A DNA stretch of 63,715 bases, the filler included, from Licmophora abbreviata (Eukaryota): NCBI GenBank assembly GCA_900291995.1. It is 10 parts of 10 records of this genome, joined end to end, with 100 filler letters (N's around TTAATTAATTAA, not from the genome) between each part and the next. Parts side by side here need not be neighbours in the genome. Positions count along the whole stretch, not along the records: positions 15,600 to 28,220 come from OLMU01002915.1; positions 28,321 to 33,735 come from OLMU01002916.1; 8 more parts are not named here. The stretch is one strand, 5' to 3'. The notes under the pieces are model-generated. The model was given only the letters and a program-made list of their open reading frames with translations. It ran no database searches and was not told where the DNA came from. The position numbers and the translations under genes were made by a program. Shown here one piece after another: positions 22,277 to 32,810 of the stretch. Within the stretch, counting starts at the first letter, position 1; each line of letters starts with the position of its first letter.

Positions 22277-23530
22277 ATGAGTGACAAGCCTAAGGTCGTT
22301 CTTGCCTACTCTGGAGGTCTCGACACCTCTGTCATCCTCAAGTGGCTCTGTGAGAAGGGCTTCGACGTGGTTGCGTTCTGCGCCAACGTCGGCCAGTTTG
22401 AGGAAGATTTCAGTGCAGTCAAGGCCAAGGCAGTCTCCTGCGGCGCCCTCAAGTGCGTCGTCACCGATCTCCGCGCTGACTTTGTCGAGAACTACGTCTT
22501 TGAGGCCGTCAAGTGCAACGCCATCTACGAAGGCCGCTACTTGCTCGGCACCTCTGTGGCTCGCCCTTGCATCGCCAAGGAGATGATCCGCATCGCCACC
22601 GAGGAGGGAGCCCAGTACATTGCACACGGAGCAACTGGAAAGGGAAACGACCAGGTTCGCTTCGAGATGTGTGCCCAGGCCTTGTCCCCTACCATCCAGG
22701 CTATTGCCCCGTGGCGTGACGCTGAGTTCATTGAGTCCTTCAAGGGCCGATCCGATCTGCTTGCCTACTGCACCAAGCACGGTATTCCCGTTGATGCCAA
22801 GCCAAAGTCCAACTACTCCATCGACGAAAACCTCTTCCATACTTCCTACGAGAGTGGCCAGCTCGAGGATGCCAACTGCCCTCCCGACCAGGATATGTTC
22901 AAGATGACCGTCAGTCCGCAGGACGCCCCTGCACAGAGCGACAAGGTCGAGATTCAGTTCTCGAAGGGCGTCCCTGTGAAGATGACCAACGTCACCGACG
23001 GAACGGTCAAGACTGATCCTCTCGACATCTTCCTTTACTGCAATGAAATCGCTGGAAAGCACGGTATCGGACGTATTGATATTGTCGAGAACCGATTCGT
23101 CGGTATCAAGAGTCGTGGAATCTACGAGACGCCGGGTGGCACCCTCCTTCGGGAAGCGCACATGGACCTCGAGGGTATCTGCATGGATCGTGAAGTCAAG
23201 CGCATTACAGAGGGTCTCGCTGCCGAGTTTGCTCGCCTCTGCTACAACGGCTTCTGGTATGCTCCGGAGATGGACTTGGTGCGCCACGCGATTGAGTTCT
23301 CCCAGCGTGACGTCGACGGTACCGTCACTGCCGAGCTCTACAAGGGAAACATCATCATCCTTGGACGAACCTCGCCGAATGCACTTTACAATGCCGATCT
23401 TGCCTCCATGGACATTGAGGGGGGAGGAGATGCCTTCGACTACAACCCTGCCGACGCCAACGGATTCATTCGCATCAACAGTGTCCGCCTGAAGACCTAC
23501 GCTGCTCTCCGAGCAAAGGACAATGCTTGA
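22277..23530 (+). CDS. ASS1: Argininosuccinate synthase
   Basis: VVLAYSGGLDTS, HGATGKGNDQVRFE, ENRFVGIKSRGIYETPG; strong C-ending codon bias. Confidence 0.98.
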   Translation: MSDKPKVVLAYSGGLDTSVILKWLCEKGFDVVAFCANVGQFEEDFSAVKAKAVSCGALKCVVTDLRADFVENYVFEAVKCNAIYEGRYLLGTSVARPCIAKEMIRIATEEGAQYIAHGATGKGNDQVRFEMCAQALSPTIQAIAPWRDAEFIESFKGRSDLLAYCTKHGIPVDAKPKSNYSIDENLFHTSYESGQLEDANCPPDQDMFKMTVSPQDAPAQSDKVEIQFSKGVPVKMTNVTDGTVKTDPLDIFLYCNEIAGKHGIGRIDIVENRFVGIKSRGIYETPGGTLLREAHMDLEGICMDREVKRITEGLAAEFARLCYNGFWYAPEMDLVRHAIEFSQRDVDGTVTAELYKGNIIILGRTSPNALYNADLASMDIEGGGDAFDYNPADANGFIRINSVRLKTYAALRAKDNA

Positions 23531-23575
23531 GTGCCGTAGTCACTAAATGTTAGATCATATGCACTTGCTATCTCA

Positions 23576-24924
23576 TCATGGAAGCTGTAGCTCTATCGTA
23601 ACGATGTTATTGCCGAAGCTCTTTGGCGATAAGTTTGTTCCTCGCGTGTCAAGCGTTGTCAAGCGCGGACAGTGGATGTGACAATTCGAATCCTGCAGAC
23701 TCTTGCACCCACTCAAATCCAACTCTATCAGGGATGGACTTTTGATTTGAAGGTACTCGGTACTCGCTGACGAGATGCGTATAGTCCTTAATTGCTTCGA
23801 TTGCAAGGACACGTGAGAGAGGGATGTACATGAGTTTGTCTTTGTACACAGCAAGGGATAAATGTGAGAGAGTACGAGAGCGCACTGATGCAACAGGAAG
23901 CGCGGCGTGCAGGACATACCTCGAGCGATTCGAGGTTCTCGCAGATGAGCTGCAACGATGTGAGACCATTGGAGAAACTCAAATCTAGCGACTGCAGTGT
24001 CCCAGATCGTACGATCAGCGACTGTAGTCCAGGACACTTCACGAGGCTCACACGTTCCAAGTGCTTCGACGCGTCGAAAATATCTTGAATGACCCGCCCG
24101 TCAAGACCAAAACAAAACGAAAGGCTGAAGTCTCGCAGATTTGGGCAGGAGAACTTTGGGAGGTCCGACAAGGCAAAGCAACCCATGAGGTGCAGATTCT
24201 GCAGTCGATCAAACCTGAGGACCGGCTTTCGGATACGAAGGCATTGATGAAGAGTCAAACTTTCGAGTTGGTGCTGAAGTCGTGTTGCCATATCGGAGAT
24301 ATTTTCATCTCGAAGAGATGAACACTGCCCAATATGCAAAGACTGCAGACTCGATGAGCTCGTAAAGGAGCGAAACGCCGATCGAATCGACCCACCGGAA
24401 ATGCTCACGTGCGTGAGATTCCGGAGTTTGAGAGACTGCGGGCACCAGTAGCTGAGGTAGCACCCGTTCAATGAGATTTTCTTCAGTGTTGATGCAGTGG
24501 GCGACTCGTTGAGGATCGCAAAGAGACTGTCGCCTACTCGTGCGAGACCGTGAAGGTGCAGCACGTTGAGCGACTTGAAGCGTCCGAGAATTCTGCGTAA
24601 TCCTGCTTCGTCGACGTGGGCCTCAGGGACGGCTTTTCGGCGCTTCACAGTCCCTGTAGAAGCATCTTTTGCGGATAACTTGCGACCTTGGGGCGATTCA
24701 CTCATGACCAAGTATGCCGACGTCGAGACAGCATCGTTCATCATCTTTGACACCAGTGAAAGAATTTCGAACTCATCGAGGAACAAAAACGACAGAAACA
24801 CGTTCATAACGTCCTTGGGTAGCTCTTCAATGAGCGATTTCGTCGCATGAGTATTCATTGAAATAGAAGTAGCAGTTCCCGCGATTGGGCGGTCGCAAAC
24901 CGAAATAAGAGACGCCATCGTCAT
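23576..24924 (-). CDS. F-box/leucine-rich repeat protein, intron 23840-23919
   Basis: LIEELPKDVMNVFLSFL F-box followed by Cys-containing LRRs (L..L.L..C..L). Start approximate. Confidence 0.85.
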
Positions 24925-25772
24925 CTGGGAAAAGGAAAGAAAGAAACAGCGCGAGATCACTGCGTTCGTACTCTTAACTTTTCAGCACCAGATCAGAAGT
25001 TGAGATGGCGTCGCTCTCAAGGTTCACGTTTTTCAATATAACATTTATCATTTATAGTTGTGAGGGTGGAAGATTAGTAAGTAGCCCATTTGTTGAGATA
25101 TATGCGGTATCTTAAGTTCGTATAAAAGTATACCTTTCGCGCCAAACTCATCGCGGATGAAAGATGTTCGCATACTCCCATCAACATCACAGCATCACAG
25201 GACACCCACCATCACCACATTGGCACCACGCCATAAGAGGGTGGACGTTCTTACAACGCAAGAGCGCCGGGTTGAGGGGTTCGCCTGAACCTTTTCTCTA
25301 TTGTTGTCGACGCGAAAAAGGAAGACGAGATAGGCCTTTCATGTTTACACGGCCCGAGCTGCGCCCCCCTGTGATGGGTGAGGAGAGTGAGGATGATGCG
25401 ACGACGTAATAGATTGGTTTTCCTTTTGTCAAAAATATCATAGCAGGTACTGCACTCGGTTCTACAGGAATGTATAATCGGACTGAGCTATTGCCGTCGT
25501 GGCAGTATCATATCATATTAAGTCGCCAGCGACGCAGGGGGATAGGCCTCTACGAGGGTTGTAGCGGCATTGAAAATTTCATTCTGGTACTTGACTACGT
25601 GCGATCTCCGTTAGTACAAATGGTTGTAGAGACCGAGTCAGCGTGAGGATGTTTGAAAATTTCGTTACGGTACGTCCTTGCCGTATGCGATCAACAAGTC
25701 GGCTCTCTCAGGTGAAGCTTTGCCTCACTTTCTTTGAAACGAGTGTTCTGATCCATCCCTCCATACCCAACC

Positions 25773-28001
25773 ATGCTTCTCACTGGAAACGAAGCCATCC
25801 GCGCCTTCATGGACGAGATTACCTCGTCAACCAACGTCGCCAAGTACGTCGAGCTACCCATGATCGCCGTAATGGGCGATACTTCTAGCGGCAAGTCCAG
25901 CCTTCTCACGTCGATCTCAATGGTTGAACTCCCGAGCAACAGCGCCTTGACTACCAGGTGCCCGATTCGTCTCCAGATGAAACGAGCCGACGAGAGAGAG
26001 GCTACTGTCACTGTGTCGTGGCATGATAAGCCGTCTCCGAAGGAAGGAGTGGACATCGATTTCGCGCCCAGGTTTGTCACCGAGAAGACGTGGGCAGATC
26101 TGCCTAATGCGATAGCGGCTGCGCAGAGCCACATCATTGACATCACTGGCAAGGCTGTGGCTCGCGATCAAGTTCAAGTCAAGGTATCTGGTCCTCATTG
26201 CGAGGATTTGACTCTGATTGACCTCCCAGGCATAGTTCGCTCTCGTGGAGACAACGAAAGCGATACGATCGTCGAGGATATCAATGGCCTTATGAACGAC
26301 TACTTGAGCAACAAGCGATGCGTCATTTTGGCTGTTGTTCCAGCCAACGTTGACTTCCACAACTCCCAAATCATGGCAGATGCCCAGAAGGTCGACCCTG
26401 ATACCAGGCGCACCATTCCGGTCATAACCAAGCCCGATCTGATTGACAAGGGCGGGGAAGACGACGTGAAGCGTCTCCTCTTTGGTGAAAAGATGAAGTT
26501 TTTCCACGGTTTCCACATGGTCAAGGGGCGAAGCCAAGCGGAGCTCGACGCAAACGTTGGAGTCAAAAAGGCTTTCATCACCGAAGCATCATTTTTTGAC
26601 AATTCAGAACCGTGGCGATCGGTCCAAGATCGGGGCATGTTTGGAACCCAAAGCTTGCGCGAGAAGCTGGGTGCTCTCCAAATGAAAATGTTTCGAGAAG
26701 AAGTTCCTTCGATATTATCGGAGATCACCGCCAAGATGGATAAAGCTCAATCCAAGCTGACAATGATGGGACAGCCACTTCCTTCAAAGCAGGAGAAGTT
26801 ATTTTACTTCAAGGTTCTCACCCAGAAGATTGTCTCCGCACTGGCGGTTCGGCTGAGCGGTGAGGGCAGTGGAGAAGAATCGCTGGCAGCGAAAATCCAT
26901 GATGCATGCTCTGTTTGCAAGGACAAGATAGTGATGGGTCGACTCGTCAAGGTGGCAATTGTTGAAAAGGGAACTACTGTTCTCTGTACTACCGATACAG
27001 GTATAATTCGCGGGAAAGTTGTCAAGGTCTCCGACCGAGAGGCGTTCGTTGATTACGAGGACCGTTGTGAGATTGAGAGAGCAGAGTTTGTTTGCAAGTG
27101 GAAGAGACCAGCTAAACGAAAATTAGTCGCGGGGGAGATCCTGGCTGAATTGCCGAGCATCGTTCAGATAGCGAATGATCCAACTCATTATGACGAATTA
27201 AAGGGCTTTCCCCTTGAGAGAGTCGAGCGGGATCCAGCTTGGATCGCTTCTATACTTCAGCGCCGCCGCACCCAGGATCTGCCCATATTTATCAACAGCA
27301 AGACGTTCCAGACCCTCGTTAGTGACTTCATCGTTGAAGACTGGAGGCCTTGCTGTCTCGAATTGGTTAATCAAGTCTGTGACATTATTTGCGAGGCGTT
27401 CCATCAAACGTTCGAAACTGTACTCGCTGGAGACGTCAGGCACTTGAGGTTGCGAGATCGACTCACTCTGCTTCAGGCGGACCTGGAACTGCAAGTGAGT
27501 GAGCGATCTAAAAGATCTGTGGTCGCCTTCGTTGAGAGGCAGACCTTCCCTTTCTCGCAAAACGACTACCTATTTGAAACTTTCTCAAAGAAACGGAGTG
27601 AAAGAACAAAGCAGCAGCTCAAGGTTGCACTTCAATTGAATGGAGATTTGCAAGAAGAAGAAGAAGTCAGCAAGGCAGCTGTTGCTGAAGTTATTGATGC
27701 TGTCTTCGATCGAAACCAAAGGCGTTCCGTCAATGAGTTCATGGCGGAAGATATGGTACATGCACTAGAGGCGTACGGAAAGGTGGCTATGAAGCGTTTT
27801 ATTGATGAAGTGCCGACCATGCTCTGGAAATCTATTCGAGATGTACCCGGTGACTTCGAGAAGATGCTCTGGAACGTATCTGAGGAAGATGTTGAGCAGT
27901 ATCTGGAAACCTCACAGGAGTTTGAGCGTCAGCATCACGAAACTTGTGAGGAGTTTACTCAGTTGTCTTCTGCTCACCGTATCTTCAAGAATATTGTCTA
28001 G
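25773..28001 (+). CDS. Mx-like dynamin-family GTPase, intronless
   Basis: LPMIAVMGDTSSGKSS (G1), TTRCP (G2), DLPG (G3), TKPD (G4), GFHMVK; GED-like AYGKVAMKRFIDEVP. Confidence 0.92.
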   Translation: MLLTGNEAIRAFMDEITSSTNVAKYVELPMIAVMGDTSSGKSSLLTSISMVELPSNSALTTRCPIRLQMKRADEREATVTVSWHDKPSPKEGVDIDFAPRFVTEKTWADLPNAIAAAQSHIIDITGKAVARDQVQVKVSGPHCEDLTLIDLPGIVRSRGDNESDTIVEDINGLMNDYLSNKRCVILAVVPANVDFHNSQIMADAQKVDPDTRRTIPVITKPDLIDKGGEDDVKRLLFGEKMKFFHGFHMVKGRSQAELDANVGVKKAFITEASFFDNSEPWRSVQDRGMFGTQSLREKLGALQMKMFREEVPSILSEITAKMDKAQSKLTMMGQPLPSKQEKLFYFKVLTQKIVSALAVRLSGEGSGEESLAAKIHDACSVCKDKIVMGRLVKVAIVEKGTTVLCTTDTGIIRGKVVKVSDREAFVDYEDRCEIERAEFVCKWKRPAKRKLVAGEILAELPSIVQIANDPTHYDELKGFPLERVERDPAWIASILQRRRTQDLPIFINSKTFQTLVSDFIVEDWRPCCLELVNQVCDIICEAFHQTFETVLAGDVRHLRLRDRLTLLQADLELQVSERSKRSVVAFVERQTFPFSQNDYLFETFSKKRSERTKQQLKVALQLNGDLQEEEEVSKAAVAEVIDAVFDRNQRRSVNEFMAEDMVHALEAYGKVAMKRFIDEVPTMLWKSIRDVPGDFEKMLWNVSEEDVEQYLETSQEFERQHHETCEEFTQLSSAHRIFKNIV

Positions 28002-28056
28002 TCCTTGTCACTGTATGTCGTTTCTCTCGTCCACAAATTTAAGAACCCAGAGCCTT

Positions 28057-31000
28057 TCATTCTACAGTAGCGATTCGCTGACTAGCCGAGATAGTAGCAT
28101 CCCGAAGCCGCGTCTCGGCGGAGAGTACATCTGCTTGTAAAGACATCAGTGCCGCCTTGGGGCTCTGATGCCTTGAGACATTCAAGTCCAATATGGACAC
28201 CGATGCCTTCTTCAGTCGGANNNNNNNNNNNNNNNNNNNNNNNNNNNNNNNNNNNNNNNNNNNNTTAATTAATTAANNNNNNNNNNNNNNNNNNNNNNNN
28301 NNNNNNNNNNNNNNNNNNNNAGTAAACCGGGGATAATCGTGGACACAGTTCTGCTCTTCCAAATTGAAGCGTCTTGCCTCGCAGAAAGCAACGCTGGTCG
28401 GAAGAGCGCGGCTTCCAGGCCAGACGGGGAATTGTCTGGTGGACCTCCGTTGAGAGACGAGCGCCAGGCAGGGCTCATCATGTCAGGCGAAAGCAGACCC
28501 CCACTTCGTCTCGAACGCTGCGAAGCCTTCGGAGATGTGAACGTTCGCATGTTTTGTTCGTACTCGTCCACCTGACGCTGCATCACATCCATGGCCTCCG
28601 TCAACTGTGAAAAGAGTGAGAGCGTATATGAGTTGGATTCGGTCGGCCATAATCCCAGTGGATGATTGCAAGCTCTTCCGTACCACTTTGTTTTCTTCCT
28701 TGAGAACATTAAGCTCTTCCGCGGACGACAGTTCAACTGACTTTGGCTTTAGCTTTGAAGGCTGAGAGCTTGACTTGGCAAGAAGTTTCTCTAGCTCGCC
28801 TAGTCGGGCATTCTGTATTGCGAGTTCTTTGGATCGAGACAGAAGGCTCTGTCGTAGGAACCGATCAGAAAGAAGCATCGTGAATAGAGTCCCCTTGCAA
28901 AAATTTGTTGACACAATGTGTACAGAATCTTACCTTTTCCAAGCCGGCGACTTTCTCTGTTGCCAGCGCCAGCATCGGCTCGTTCCCGACGGCTTTGGTC
29001 AGCATGAATTCAAGGGTCCTCGCTCTGTAGAGATAATTGACGTCGTCCTCGTCGCCATTGATTGAACGGACACGCTTTGCCAGCGATGACATGCTGTGCC
29101 AAGGATCCAAGACTTCCGGCGAAAGAGGGTGAGCCCGAGTGTCCTCATCAACGTTCAGACCGGCTGTGCGCAGGAGCGAGGATAACTGCACAAATTGATA
29201 GATCATTGCGTCGACCTCAGACTCGAGCTTCAGAATGCTTCTTCCGGCAAGCTCAGACTTTGAAAGAAACGCATCTCGCCCGCTTTTCATTATTTCTTCT
29301 GAGGCCGCCTTGATGGATTGCATCAGCGCCGAGGCGTCAGATATCCATTTCTCGGTGCCGACAGCGTCAATCGGGGCGAGGCGACTGCATGTCCGGGACA
29401 CTTCAGTATTCAGCTGGCCGAGCTTTGCTGCCAAGCTCAGCAGCGCGGAGCGCGAACCATCTTCTACACTACGAATTGACGCCACGGCCGAAGCAACGCC
29501 CAAAAGACTGAACTTTGCTGCGGAAAGATCTCTGAACAAATCGATCATCGGGGGCTTCCAGTCCGCTGCCAAAGAAAGAGCCTCTTGCGAGTCAACAGCA
29601 GAGGTAATGGATTCGAACGTTCTACGAATATCCTGGTGAAAGGCAGCAAGATTGGTCCTGTGCGGAGACAAAATCCCTTCCTCCTTCAGTAGTTTCAATA
29701 GAATGCCGAACGCGGAATCCAGATCTACGATCGACTGACCCACAAGTGCTCCAAGTACGGCAGATTCTTCGGGCGTCAGCAGGTCCGGCCACTGGCCAGC
29801 AGCAAGCAGACGCTGAAGGCCGGTCGAGCCGTCAATACATACCAAAGCGAAATCTGTCATATGAATCATATTCCTTATTTCCTGAGTCGTCTCTGCGGAT
29901 AAGACGAAACCCCTGTCCACCAGATCCTCCGTCTTGGCATCTTCGAAGCCTGTGAGCGAGAGATCCGATGAAGTAGATTTTATCTTCGTTTCGAAGATGG
30001 AAGAGATTCCTTCCAAGAGACGTGAGCCTTTTCCCACAACGGTGCAGACGAGACTTTCTCCCTTTATCGCTGCCAACTCCTGTGCTGCAATGCTCTGCGG
30101 GAGGACGCTTTCGAGCCTTCCTGACAAATGACGATTGACCAAGGCTTCAACACTGTTTAAGGCGGCTTCAGCATCGCGCTTCCGTGACTTTGAAGCGTCG
30201 GATACCAGATGTGCCGCCCGCTCAAGTGCCTTCCGCGAAGTAGCAAGCAAGTCACTCTTTTCGCCTTCTTCTCCTTGCTGGAGTTCAAAGAGTGCAGTCT
30301 TTTCTTGCTTTAATGTTTCTACTGCATTTCTGTACTTGACGACGGTTTGTTGAAAATCTTCTTCTCGGCGACGTTGCCTAAGACATTCAAGATGACAGAA
30401 AAAGCGTATGGCTGCAAGTTAGACGACAACTTCGTTCCGGGACTCTCTTCCAGATTACACATACATTTTGATCGCTTCTTCCAAGTTTCGAACAATGGCA
30501 TCGCGTGATTCTAGATCCCGCATCAACGCCTTGTTCTCTTCAGCCTGCACTTCCTCCATTTCGGCAGTAATGTCGGCAGCCTCCTCCATTTCACGAATCG
30601 TCGACTGGAGCGCAACAGTATCGTCTTCGAGAAGGAGCACACGATCGCTCAGAGTCTCGACCATGCTTTCAAAAGCACTGCCCTGTTCCACCATGTCTTT
30701 TAGATCCGCAACCTGCTCCTCCAAGACCGTCTTATTCGAACGCAGAGACGCAACCTCTTCCGACAGAGCCTTCCCAGCTGCGGCATCCTTTTCGGCAGCC
30801 CGCAGGTCGCGTGAAAGCTCCATCTTTTCCGTGGAGGACTGCTCGCGAAGCCGAATCAAGGCCTCACGCAGCCTCGCGTTTTGTACTGACAATGCCTGCG
30901 CCATGTCGTCTGCTTGGGCCCCTTCCGCATCTTCCGAGACGGCGAGTGACTCGGATGTAGACTTAGCCTCTTCCAATTCCATTTTCAACTCCTCTACTTC

Positions 31001-32329
31001 CATCTGCGCAGTTTCCGAGTCGATCTTGAGTTCCTCCAAGCGATCCTGCAATCCTTCCTTTTCTTCCAGCAGCTGTTCCTTGTCCAGCGTCAATTCTTCC
31101 AACGTCGTTTCAGATTCCAACTTGTCGCGTTCCAAGTCTTCCACCTTGCGAGTCAGCGCCCCAACTTGAGCCTGCAATTTGGCTTGCTCCTTGTACAAAG
31201 CTGCATCAGAGGAAGTGCGTTGCGCCGCTTGATCCGACCGGGCTAGATTCTCGTGTTGAAGAGCCGAGAGCTCGCCTCGTGTATGGGTGAGCTGTTCCAC
31301 ATCCATGGCGCGTTCGGCACGTTCCCGTTGCAATTCCTTTTCGACTTCATGGTGTTGACGCTGCGTCTTCTCAAGCTGCTCCCGCACCGATTGTAAGTCT
31401 TGTTCCACAGTAGAAAGTTGTTGCTGTAGCTCTGCATTGGATTGATGTTCCTCAGAGTCCACCGCTTGAATAGCTTCCGCGGCCTGTTGCTCTTCCATCT
31501 TTTGCGTTGCCTCATGCGCTGTTTGTTCCGCCCGAGACAAAGCCTGCTGCAAGCCCGCAGTCTCCTCCTCTTTGGTCTGCAATCGCATAGTGACTTCTTC
31601 CAACTGCAGCTGCAGGGCGTCCAGTTTCTCTTGGTGCTGACTGGCGCTCACCGCATCGGAAGCTACCAACGACGTTGCCTGCGACGATAATGCTTTCTTT
31701 GGTGATACTGCAGTCTTTCGGGGTGAGGATACAACTGCACTGCTTCGGGGTGGCGTCGTGGCAGATGTAGTATCAGCGCCGGCCATAGCGGGGGCTCTCT
31801 GTGCCAGTGCTGCGCGTCTCTCCCGAATTTCGTCCAGACGACTTCGCGTCGTAGTACTACTGCTGCTAGCAGCCCGGGGAGTCGTTCGCGTCGATCGAGT
31901 TCCCGACACAGGCGTTCGTCGACCAGCCGAAGTAGTTGTAGTAGTAGCAGATGTAGGTCTCGGAGACGTCAGTGATGATGCTGATGATGTCGCGACACCA
32001 CCACTGCTGCTACTCGTTGCTGCCGCTCCCGCAGCCGCCAATTCTCGTTTCAAGCGCAGTTCTTCCAACCTCGTCAAGTGCCTCTTTCTCACATGACTCT
32101 TTCTAACAAAGACCCCAGAGTTGGGGCCACAGGAAAAATACGAGACACCCTGGACGCTCCCGTCATTCCTGCCGAGCCCCACGGAGCTTCCCGTGAGTCG
32201 CACGCCGATCCAATCGCGTCCCTCCGCAAATTGAACAGTTCCTATATACGCCACGACTCCTTCGAGCGCCTGCTGATGGGAGTCTCCGCGCTCCACATGG
32301 ACTGGATCGTTCGTCTGAAATTCCGCCAT
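28057..32329 (-). CDS. DCTN1: Dynactin p150Glued-like (CAP-Gly + coiled coil), multi-exon, spans gap 28221-28320
   Basis: CAP-Gly GVVAYIG...WIGV.L...GRNDGSVQG.SYF; LEELTLDKE, QNARLREALIRLR, LKDMVE, MVETLSDR. An open frame continues beyond the gap to a stop at 28057-28059. Confidence 0.88.
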
Positions 32330-32810
32330 GGTGTATCTGGTGTGTAAAGTTAGAGATGAGATATACTGCCACTGCAACTCCGTAACCCGGAGAGAGTATC
32401 TGAGTCAAAGTAGTCAATCATGAAAATTCGCACGCCGCGCGCGCGTCTCAAATTTTGATCTTTCCGTAGAAGTTCTGTAGGATTTGCACTACGTACGCAA
32501 CAATGATGCACCCTAGAAACTTCGTCGCCAGCAGCTCATTTTGGGTGCTTTCACGCCTCTTGGCGATGAAGAGTGGTGTGTGAAGACTCTGTCATCGTGG
32601 GCAAGAGGATACGCGTGTGGATCGTTTCTGGTCACCGAGGACGCAGTCTGTGTCGTAGAGAGACAGAGGGATCGAAGCGAGAAGGAATTCTGTCTGGATC
32701 GTACCCCCCAACGCTTCCTCCGTTCCGAACTACACTAATACTCTTGAAACCGGGTCTGGGTCCCTCCGTTGTTCTCATCGCCCTCCCTGGACGAGAGCTT
32801 TCTGGGCGTC

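Noticed and set aside
22265..23287. 340-aa antisense ORF
   Set aside because: Shadow of the codon-biased ASS1 gene, with no recognisable motifs.
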